Shown here: one piece after another, positions 10,337 through 17,934 of the stretch
Layout of the letters: each line of letters opens with the position of its first letter
How positions within the stretch are numbered: position 1 is the first letter of the stretch
Origin: Bacteriovoracaceae bacterium
GTDB lineage: Bacteria; Bdellovibrionota; Bacteriovoracia; Bacteriovoracales; Bacteriovoracaceae
DNA: 49,090 nt
Assembly (NCBI GenBank): GCA_049599895.1
Contig: JBMYPC010000003.1
Coordinates: 1 to 49,090, forward strand
Reading direction: 5' to 3'
The notes under the pieces: model-generated
The model's database searches: none
What the model saw: only the letters and a program-made list of their open reading frames with translations
What the model was told of the DNA's origin: nothing
Translations under genes and position numbers: made by a program

Positions 10337-11062
10337 ATGAGAGAAAGACCTTACTCCCGGTTCTTATATTTATTCATTGCAGGCGTGGCCCTTATTGGAC
10401 TTCCCTTACAGGTTTCCTATCTTTATGGACATCATCTCACTCAGGAATGGTCTCAGATTTGGGATAAGTTAACTGGAACCAACGTTATCCTTATGGGTCT
10501 TTTAATTGGACTCTGTGTTGGTCTTTTAAGAGCAAGCTTTTCAAAATTTCTTCTCCCTCTTACTTTGGCCATTATGATTTTTAATAATGTCATAGTCGGT
10601 ATGGATGGAGCTGATTTTACTCTTTTAGAAACGTTCGTGGCTTCTCTTTCTCTAGGGGCCTTATCTCTATGGATCATCTCAAGGCGAAGTTATAAGGCCA
10701 TGACAAATCGCTCTCTTCAATGGTGGCGCAGTGACCCTCGGTATGAGCTCAACGTTCCGGTAAAACTGGGATTAAATGAATTAGAAAGACAAGATTTTTC
10801 AACTTTTGATATTAGTCGATCAGGCGTTTTTGTGAAAACAAATTCAGAACAAGGAATTTTAAATGATCCAAAGCTCAAGCTTGGTGGAAACTTTCTTCTT
10901 TATTTTAAAGATTCAAAGTCTCCAGTGAATGTTGAGGTGGTTCGTCATCAAATCTCTCAGTCTGGTAAGTATATGCAGGGTTTAGGTCTTAAATTCGTCG
11001 ACCTTAAAACTCACCAAAAAGCTCTTATTCAGGATCTCATTCGAAATCAAGTGGGCCATTAA
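10337..11062 (+). CDS. Membrane protein with C-terminal PilZ domain
   Basis: 4 TM segments; RSDPR (RxxxR), DISRSG (DxSxxG), GLGLKF. Confidence 0.85.
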   Translation: MRERPYSRFLYLFIAGVALIGLPLQVSYLYGHHLTQEWSQIWDKLTGTNVILMGLLIGLCVGLLRASFSKFLLPLTLAIMIFNNVIVGMDGADFTLLETFVASLSLGALSLWIISRRSYKAMTNRSLQWWRSDPRYELNVPVKLGLNELERQDFSTFDISRSGVFVKTNSEQGILNDPKLKLGGNFLLYFKDSKSPVNVEVVRHQISQSGKYMQGLGLKFVDLKTHQKALIQDLIRNQVGH

Positions 11063-11460
11063 AAATCTCCCGTATGTGTGTTCGTGTGTTCGGGAGAAGG
11101 TAACCGGCTCCTGGTGTTGGAGCCGGCTACTCCGGGCCTTCTTCGGAGGGAGGGAAGGAAAGCACACGTCCTTCATGAGTAACTCAGGCCTTGAGTTACT
11201 TTTAGAGAGTTTTGGGAAAGGGATGAAGTGTGGTGATGCCTCCTTGTTAGAGTGAGCCGGGCGGGGCTCAACTGTCTTGCATAAAACTCATCCCTTAAAG
11301 ACTGGAAAAATTGGAAAAGAGAGTTCATAGGTTTCACAAAAGAAACTAAAAGGTCTTGGCGAAAATACATGAGAGGGAGGTTGATTTCCTTGTGCCCTTC
11401 CCTTTTAGTTTCTTTTTTGTGATTCATTTTTAAATTCCTTTTTAAATGCTTTGAACTTTA
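11063..11460. ncRNA. Candidate structured RNA / structured UTR of unknown class
   Basis: At least 7 stems: 11066-72/11091-97, 11100-11/11119-30, 11130-36/11142-48, 11154-59/11169-74, 11177-86/11192-201, 11218-26/11288-96, 11334-53/11401-22. Confidence 0.55.
11173..11427 (-). CDS. Possible small ORF overlapping the structured region
   Basis: AAGGA 9 nt before the ATG, but the product is atypical and runs through long hairpins. Confidence 0.25.
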   Translation of the reverse strand: MNHKKETKREGHKEINLPLMYFRQDLLVSFVKPMNSLFQFFQSLRDEFYARQLSPARLTLTRRHHHTSSLSQNSLKVTQGLSYS

Positions 11461-11646
11461 GGTTTTCTTAAGCTCTGAAAACATATTGCCAAAAAGAATT
11501 GTCAAAAATGTCAGAGAAATGAAAAATTGAAATCAAAAGGTGAGAAGGTTTTTTGCCGCGCGCAATGCCAGTTTGGCTAACTATAAGCTCTACTGTGCCT
11601 TGAACAAAGCATCTCTTTCACCAACGCACCGCTCTGGAATTTTTAT

Positions 11647-12033
11647 ATGCATAAAAGTGTGAACATTATTGTTAAAAACTCTGAAGGTAAATTCATATTA
11701 CAAATGCGAGATGGAACTCCAGGCATATGCAATCCGCTTAAATGGAATTTCTTTGGTGGAAAAATTGAGCCCAATGAAGACCCATTGTCGGCAACCATTC
11801 GAGAATTTAAAGAGGAAACTGATATTTTACTCTCTCCAAATGACTGCTCTCTTAAAGCTGAGATGGTCGCCCTTGATAATAAAGGAATAGTCTATCTTTA
11901 TGAAATTACCAAACCAATCGAATTGGATGAAATAAGACTTCTAGAAGGTGCCGGTCTTGGAGCTTTTACGCTAAAAGAAGCCTCACTAATTGAGATCACG
12001 GTACAAACGCAAAAGCAATTTGAATTAATTTAG
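11647..12033 (+). CDS. NUDIX hydrolase
   Basis: Nudix box GGKIEPNEDPLSATIREFKEETDI. Confidence 0.9.
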   Translation: MHKSVNIIVKNSEGKFILQMRDGTPGICNPLKWNFFGGKIEPNEDPLSATIREFKEETDILLSPNDCSLKAEMVALDNKGIVYLYEITKPIELDEIRLLEGAGLGAFTLKEASLIEITVQTQKQFELI

Positions 12034-12042
12034 TTTTTTAAA

Positions 12043-12084
12043 TTATGCGCCTTTAAAACGATACCCAATCCCCCTCACCATCTC
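12043..12084 (-). repeat. Duplicated 3' end of the response-regulator gene (direct repeat copy 1)
   Basis: 12053-12079 is identical to 13865-13891 (27 bp); 33/35 identical over 12050-12084 vs 13862-13896; reads EMVRGIGYRFKGA*. Confidence 0.92.
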
Positions 12085-12090
12085 TTAAAA

Positions 12091-12157
12091 AGGTACGTGG
12101 TCACCTTTGGGGCCACATGCATCTAATGTAGTCAGCCCCATAAGTAACCGCGTACCT
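12091..12157. repeat. Imperfect long palindrome (REP/REPIN-like)
   Basis: AGGTACGTGGTCACCTTTGGGGC pairs with GCCCCATAAGTAACCGCGTACCT (3 mismatches, 1 GU); inner TGCAT-CTA-ATGTA stem. Confidence 0.7.
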
Positions 12158-12218
12158 ATATCTCCCTCAGTAGGTAGCTATTATAGCAACAAACAAGATA
12201 AAAAGACTCGGAAATACT

Positions 12219-12245
12219 TAATCTTTGACCAAATGAAGCCGATAT
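12219..12245 (+). promoter_or_regulatory. Putative sigma28 (FliA) promoter
   Basis: TAAT-N15-GCCGATAT vs consensus TAAA-N15-GCCGATAA; ends 7 nt before ATG 12253. Confidence 0.45.
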
Positions 12246-12252
12246 TTATCTT

Positions 12253-13107
12253 ATGATACGCTCATTTGTGTTGATATTGTTTTTCTGGACACTTGGCTGC
12301 TCGTCAACAAGTAAGACATCACACTCATCTAAAGATAGACGACCATCATCTTTATCCTATCTGAAAAATTTATCTTTTAAATGTCTTGATGTTCTCAACC
12401 ATTTCATTCAAAAAAATCATCATAGACCGTTTCCTAAAATAGATGCAGCTCTAGGCAAAAATTTTTTTAAGCCTATCGATGAGTGGGGATTTCCTGAAGA
12501 TCGCCAATATTTTCTCCTTGGAGGTGATGAATTCTATATTCCAGGGTTTACAGGAGGAGCAAGAGCAACCACTTTTCGAAGTATACAAAATGATGATTTT
12601 GAAACTGCTGTAATCTTTAAAAAATATTATGGTGAAAAACGTTTTTATGGAGACATGGAAGCTTTATCACTTTTTAAAGAACTAGATGACTCTCATAAAG
12701 CATTTTATATACCAAAAATTAAAATAAGTGATAGAGCCCCTTATACATATGAATCAGAAAATATTATGGGTAAAAGTATTATGGGGCTATTGGGAAGAAA
12801 TAGTAATTTGGAAATTTCTGACAAAATCCAATTGACAAGAAACTTCAACAAAGGACTTAGAAAGCTCAAAGAGTTACTCGAACAAAACGGCAGCGGAAAA
12901 TATCTCTCATTGGTTTCTATAGGTTATGTAGGAGAAAAGCCATTTGGGGAAAAATTACTTGCGCTAGAAGGATTAATTAAGAATCCTACAATATACGGAG
13001 ATGAAGAGATAAAAATCTCTATTCGATCTGATAATGTAATTCTAGAAGAAAGTGATGGATTAAAAAGTTTAAGTGAACTAAGAATGTTTTTAATTGATCC
13101 TGAATGA
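12253..13107 (+). CDS. Hypothetical lipoprotein with protein-kinase-like motifs
   Basis: Lipobox TLGC; GGARATTF, VIFKKY, SIRSDNVIL, FLIDPE; more AT-rich than flanks. Confidence 0.7.
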   Translation: MIRSFVLILFFWTLGCSSTSKTSHSSKDRRPSSLSYLKNLSFKCLDVLNHFIQKNHHRPFPKIDAALGKNFFKPIDEWGFPEDRQYFLLGGDEFYIPGFTGGARATTFRSIQNDDFETAVIFKKYYGEKRFYGDMEALSLFKELDDSHKAFYIPKIKISDRAPYTYESENIMGKSIMGLLGRNSNLEISDKIQLTRNFNKGLRKLKELLEQNGSGKYLSLVSIGYVGEKPFGEKLLALEGLIKNPTIYGDEEIKISIRSDNVILEESDGLKSLSELRMFLIDPE

Positions 13108-13189
13108 GAAGGAAAATCTAAAAATGGAGGCAGGAAAAGATGAAAACGAAAAATACGTGAAGGTGTATTTGCCTGCTATTCATCAAGGG

Positions 13190-13501
13190 TTAAGCGGCTA
13201 ATTCCTGAACGACCTCAGGGCTAATATGGTACTCTTTGCCAACTTTTTTCGCAGGCAAAGTTCCCTTCTCAATCCACCTTAGAATCGTTCTCTCTGACTT
13301 CCCTAAAATTTTAGCGGTAAGTTCTACTGTGAGCCAAGCCTCATCATTATGTGAAATGTCTAAGACTTGAATTTCAACAAGCTTACCAGACTTAGAGTAA
13401 CCAGCAAAAACATCTTCGGAAATTTGATCGTCTCGTACAACCTTTTCTTTACTAAAAACTATTGTAAATGCATCGGCGTCTTTATCGTAGGATAATTTCA
13501 T
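13190..13501 (-). CDS. DUF2283 + excisionase-like HTH protein (putative antitoxin)
   Basis: YDKDADAFTI..G.LVEIQVLD, then LTVE.TAKILGKSERTILRWIEKGTLPAKKVG. Confidence 0.82.
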   Translation of the reverse strand: MKLSYDKDADAFTIVFSKEKVVRDDQISEDVFAGYSKSGKLVEIQVLDISHNDEAWLTVELTAKILGKSERTILRWIEKGTLPAKKVGKEYHISPEVVQELAA

Positions 13502-13770
13502 TACTTAGGCCTCCAATCGACTAAAGTCGTGATTACTATAAGATGAGGTTCTTCAATTGATATGGAAAGAGATACATTATTATCTTTTCTACCTTTAATT
13601 TTTTTATAGACCCACCACTTACCTGGCTTCTTTTTAGCCTTTGATTTACCCGTTTCAATTATTTCTTGAACAATTGATCTTGGGATATCTCTTTGCGCCA
13701 TTCGTTCAAGCGCATGTTGAGTTATAATCAGTTTGTATTTTTTGCGCCTAAAAGTAACTTCTGTAAGCAT
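13501..13770 (-). CDS. DUF4258 family protein (putative RNase toxin)
   Basis: ITQHALERMAQRDI...IVITT; basic; stop/start overlap (TAATG) with the DUF2283 gene. Confidence 0.82.
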   Translation of the reverse strand: MLTEVTFRRKKYKLIITQHALERMAQRDIPRSIVQEIIETGKSKAKKKPGKWWVYKKIKGRKDNNVSLSISIEEPHLIVITTLVDWRPK

Positions 13771-13785
13771 CTAAACCTCAAAACG

Positions 13786-13814
13786 AATATATCAGACATA
13801 TCCGCCACATACAA
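13786..13814 (-). promoter_or_regulatory. Putative sigma70 promoter of the TA operon
   Basis: TTGTAT-N17-TATATT with extended TG; GAGG RBS before ATG 13770. Confidence 0.55.
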
Positions 13815-13854
13815 GACACACAGTTAAGAAAAGGCACCTCTTTGACTCAAGTCT

Positions 13855-14532
13855 CTAAGATCCCTTAAAACGATACCCAATCCCCCTCACCGTCTCAATA
13901 AGATCATCTCTAAGCTTCTGTCTAAGCTGGAGAACATGGGTATCAACAGTTCGAGTGGTGGGATAGTTTTCATAACCCCAAACTTTATTAAGAATCTCAT
14001 CTCTTGAAAAAGCTCGGTTGGGACTTAGAGCTAATAGCTTTAAGAAATCAAACTCCATTTTAGTGAGTTCAACTTCATTGCCTTCAAACTCCACTTTTCT
14101 TTGAGTGAGGTCAATTTTAAGCTCCCCTATTTCAATAATTTCATCCGCCTGATCATCTGTAGTCGTAATAAGCTTTGAGGTTCTTAAGTGGGCCCTAATT
14201 CTTGCTGCAAGCTCTCTAGGTTCAAAAGGCTTTGCCATATAATCATTGGCCCCAGACTCAAGACCTATGACTTTGTCGATAAGCTCAGTTCTTGCAGTTA
14301 ACATGATCACAGGAAGCGCTTTTCCGTCAGCTCTTAACTCTTTTAAAAGATCAATTCCCTGCCCATCGGGAAGCATCCAATCGAGGACCACAAGCTCTTT
14401 ATCAGTGAAATCGACTTTCCTTGCATTTTCTAAAGAACTAACAAGCTCACAGTCATGACCTTCTCCGGTGAGGAATGTCTTTAGAGAAGGTCCTAGGTTT
14501 TCGTCATCTTCTACAATTAAAACTTTGCTCAT
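13855..14532 (-). CDS. OmpR-family response regulator, VxrB/WigR-like
   Basis: VEDD, LDWMLP, KPF, TRTVDTHVLQLRQKL, ETVRGIGYR; 4-nt overlap with the kinase gene. Confidence 0.93.
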   Translation of the reverse strand: MSKVLIVEDDENLGPSLKTFLTGEGHDCELVSSLENARKVDFTDKELVVLDWMLPDGQGIDLLKELRADGKALPVIMLTARTELIDKVIGLESGANDYMAKPFEPRELAARIRAHLRTSKLITTTDDQADEIIEIGELKIDLTQRKVEFEGNEVELTKMEFDFLKLLALSPNRAFSRDEILNKVWGYENYPTTRTVDTHVLQLRQKLRDDLIETVRGIGYRFKGS

Positions 14533-16148
14533 TCATTCTCCTTTTTGTTCTTTATCTCTTTACAAGGAAGTTCCATCGTAAATGTCGTAGGCCCTTGAGA
14601 AAAAAGAAGTTTCCCCTTTAAACTTTCAACGACTTTTCTGACGATATTAAGACCGAGACCGGTCCCTTCACTTTTTTGTCCTTTGGAAAATTCTCTGGTG
14701 ATCTCATCAAGAGTTTCAAATTGGCAGTCTCCACTATCGCTCACTGATATAAAAAGGCAGCCTTTTTGCTCTGTAAGATTAATGGTGATTGGCGCCAAAC
14801 CATGATCAATGGCATTCTTTAAAAGGTTCAGAACACAAATTCTTAACCAGTACCAATCAGTCGCAAACGTGAGGTCCTTTTCTAAAAGATTTAATGTCAT
14901 GGGATTTTTTTCACGATCCTCTGGAGTAAGCCCCTCTTGATATTCAAGAACAATATCTTCAACAAAATCATTCACAGAAGGAAAGACTTCGATATTAAAG
15001 TCAAAAAGGCCTTTGAAGTTTTGCGACTTAATATAATTTCTCGACATATCAGTCAGACGCTTCAATCGATAGGCATCACCAGAAATTCGAAGGAGAATCT
15101 CTTGAAGAGGATCACTTAGCTTCTCAAAATAAGGAGATAAGTTTTCAACTTGTAAAAGAAGACTTGCAACCGGAGTTCTAAACTCATGAGTGAGAACTTG
15201 AAGTGCAAGACGCTTTCTTTCGTCTTCAAGTCTTTGGGCTTTAAGCTTATTGATAATAAGAACAATAAGAAAACCAAGGATAATGATACAGCCCAGAAAA
15301 ACCACAAGGGTTGTGCTGTTAAGAAGAGAAAAAACATGGCGCATGGAAAGATCCCAACAGATTTCTCCATCTCGATAAAAACAGTGTTTTCCAGGTCTGT
15401 AATTATGAAGGATATAGTTTGAATCTTTTAAAAAATGTTCAAGATCATCACGAAGATAAAACCTGTATTCTAATAATTCCGTAAAACCAGGGTATTTAAT
15501 TCTTGCGAGGAGAAAGTCTTTCGTAAGAATTGTCCCCTTCCCCGCAACGATGTCTTCAAGAGTTGAGCGGTCGAGGTGCTGTAAATAAACAAAAACCCCT
15601 TCAAGAGGTCCAATCTGAGATCTTGCCCAAGCAAGCTCTCCAACGTGAAAGAGATTGAGATGTCCTAAAACCCAGTCTCGGGTGGAATAGACACCGTGGG
15701 CACTTTTATAAGCAAGGGCCGCATAACTTTGTCCTGAAGGATGAAGATAGGGAGCTGAGTAAAAGAAACTATTACTCAGTTTCAATCTCAAGCCACAGCG
15801 AAACTCTTCCCAGACCCAGACCTTTTCATAATTGGCTGAGGTGAGAATATTGTCCATGTCTTCAAAACATTTTTTATCGGAAACGTAATCAAGACCTGGT
15901 TTAATGGCCTTATTAGGAATGGTGTAAACCGGATCTAAAAGCTTTGCTCGCTCACTATTATGATAGAGGCTTCTAAAATTAACGATGGCCCTAGGAGCAA
16001 CTTGTTGTTGAAACTGCCATTTGATCTGGTTAATTTCGAGAACTTCATTCTTCGAGGGAGTGTGAGTATTTTTCAAAGATAATGACATATACCCGGTCAC
16101 AAAAGCTGTGATTATAGAGGTGAAAATAAGGACAAGGTATAAACGCAT
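14529..16148 (-). CDS. Sensor histidine kinase, VxrA/WigK-like (DUF3404-type sensor domain)
   Basis: HPSGQSYA and CFYRDGEICW in the sensor domain; LQVLTHEFRTPVASL H-box; NLLKNA, GTGLGL. Confidence 0.85.
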   Translation of the reverse strand: MRLYLVLIFTSIITAFVTGYMSLSLKNTHTPSKNEVLEINQIKWQFQQQVAPRAIVNFRSLYHNSERAKLLDPVYTIPNKAIKPGLDYVSDKKCFEDMDNILTSANYEKVWVWEEFRCGLRLKLSNSFFYSAPYLHPSGQSYAALAYKSAHGVYSTRDWVLGHLNLFHVGELAWARSQIGPLEGVFVYLQHLDRSTLEDIVAGKGTILTKDFLLARIKYPGFTELLEYRFYLRDDLEHFLKDSNYILHNYRPGKHCFYRDGEICWDLSMRHVFSLLNSTTLVVFLGCIIILGFLIVLIINKLKAQRLEDERKRLALQVLTHEFRTPVASLLLQVENLSPYFEKLSDPLQEILLRISGDAYRLKRLTDMSRNYIKSQNFKGLFDFNIEVFPSVNDFVEDIVLEYQEGLTPEDREKNPMTLNLLEKDLTFATDWYWLRICVLNLLKNAIDHGLAPITINLTEQKGCLFISVSDSGDCQFETLDEITREFSKGQKSEGTGLGLNIVRKVVESLKGKLLFSQGPTTFTMELPCKEIKNKKENE

Positions 16149-16379
16149 TCAATGATCCCATCGGACTAGCCTACTCCACTGTAGACTAGATTTAATTCAG
16201 AGCATTCAGGTCAATGTCAATTTTGTGAAAATTCTGTCACGAACACATTGGATTTTAAAGATCTATTGCCATTGACACACTCCAAAGGGCCAAATCCCCT
16301 TACTATTTCCAAGACCTCAGTTAGGGAACGTGGTATGATTCAGCTTTTTAAAAGCCACTCTAGCTTAAGGATATAGCGC

Positions 16380-17183
16380 ATGACGTCTAACTCAAAAGAT
16401 TCAGTGAGATATATTTTAGGAATTGATCTTGAAGGAGTTCATGAGAATTTGATTGAAAACGGTCTCAATTTAAAGACTGATCGAATTATTGAGATTGGAG
16501 CTGTTCTTTGGGACGCAGAAGAAAACCAGCCCGTTAAGATTTACTCTGAGCTCATCAATGAGCCAGACCGGCTGAGAATCAATGAAGAACTCCAAGAATT
16601 GACTGGAATAAGTGAACAATCATTAAAAAGATGGGGAACTAAAAGCAATCAGTTCGATAAAGTCTTTCAAGAACTCGACTCTCTTATTGAACATGCAGAT
16701 GCTTTTATGGCCCACAATGGACATAACTATGATCTTCCCATGCTTTCAGGGTTCTACGAAAGAAACCAAAGAACACTTAAAGAGATGACTTGGCTCGATA
16801 CCAGCCTTCATGTGGAATATCCTAATAAGATTCAAGGCAGAAGTATGATGGCGCTAGAACACCAACATGGCTTCATCAACCCTTTCCCTCATCGCGCTGT
16901 CACCGATGTTCTTTCAATGTTTAAAATTGCCGCAAAGTATGACATGCAAAGAATGAATAAACTGGCCAACTCTCCTATCGTTCAGCTCATTGCTGTTCTC
17001 GATGCTCCCAATTGGAAAAACGCAAAAGAAGTTAAAGAGTTTAATAAAATTAAAAACCGTATCGCCAAGTCTAAATTTAGATGGAATGCAGAAAATAAAA
17101 AATGGATTCGCGAGGTTCCTAAACTTCTCTTAGACGAAGATAAGATTAAATTTGACTTTGACTTCTATATAAAAGAACTTTGA
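16380..17183 (+). CDS. DEDDh 3'-5' exonuclease (DnaQ-like)
   Basis: IDLEG, AHNGHNYD, HRAVTD. Confidence 0.85.
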   Translation: MTSNSKDSVRYILGIDLEGVHENLIENGLNLKTDRIIEIGAVLWDAEENQPVKIYSELINEPDRLRINEELQELTGISEQSLKRWGTKSNQFDKVFQELDSLIEHADAFMAHNGHNYDLPMLSGFYERNQRTLKEMTWLDTSLHVEYPNKIQGRSMMALEHQHGFINPFPHRAVTDVLSMFKIAAKYDMQRMNKLANSPIVQLIAVLDAPNWKNAKEVKEFNKIKNRIAKSKFRWNAENKKWIREVPKLLLDEDKIKFDFDFYIKEL

Positions 17184-17186
17184 TCT

Positions 17187-17909
17187 ATGACTGATTCGAC
17201 GACCCCTCAATCAATTCAAAAGCCAAATGCAAGTGGTGAGAAAAAAGAAAGTGCTTTTCTCAATATCCTCTTAAACGTTATCGCCCCAATGCTGATACTG
17301 ACTAAACTCAGTAAACCTGAAGCATTAGGGCCTGTTTATTCTCTCATCCTTGCAATCTCACTTCCTATTAGCTACGGGCTCTACGACTACATCACCAGAA
17401 AAAAGATGAATATCTTTTCGATTATTGGTCTTGTGAGTACTCTTCTCACTGGTGTCATTGGGCTGATGCAACTCAATCGAAACTGGCTCATCGTTAAAGA
17501 AACAGCTGTTCCAGGATTGTTCGCAGTCATTACTCTTATTGGAAAAAATAAAAAATGGGCCATCGTTCCGACATTTTTAGGTCAGGCCCTCGATCTTGAT
17601 AAAATAAAACAAGGTTTTGTAGAAAATCAAAAAGAAGAGGATTATACAAAGTTTATCGACTTCACCACATTCTCATTAGCGGGAAGTTTCGTTCTCTCAG
17701 CTGTTCTCAATTTCATTTTAGCCTATATCATTCTTGAGGGAGAGCCTGGAAGCCAGCTCTTCAATGAAAGTATCGGAAAAATGACAGGTCTTTCTTTTCC
17801 AGTAATTGTCCTTCCCATGATGGTTGTCATGGGATTTGTCTTTATGAAGATGTTTAAGATGATTAAAGATCACGCCGGACTTGAAATCGAAGACGTTATA
17901 AAAAAATAA
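17187..17909 (+). CDS. VC0807-family membrane protein
   Basis: NILLNVIAP.LILTKLS, W...KE.AVP, FNE.IGKMT.LSFPVI.LP. Confidence 0.8.
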   Translation: MTDSTTPQSIQKPNASGEKKESAFLNILLNVIAPMLILTKLSKPEALGPVYSLILAISLPISYGLYDYITRKKMNIFSIIGLVSTLLTGVIGLMQLNRNWLIVKETAVPGLFAVITLIGKNKKWAIVPTFLGQALDLDKIKQGFVENQKEEDYTKFIDFTTFSLAGSFVLSAVLNFILAYIILEGEPGSQLFNESIGKMTGLSFPVIVLPMMVVMGFVFMKMFKMIKDHAGLEIEDVIKK

Positions 17910-17934
17910 TTTTTCATTTTAAGGAGTCAAACCC

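Noticed and set aside
11063..11460. Identification as c-di-GMP-I riboswitch, RNase P, tmRNA or tRNA
   Set aside because: Diagnostic motifs (GCAAACC..GAAA..GGGACGC, GAGGAAAGTCC, tRNA-like CCA end) not found by eye on either strand
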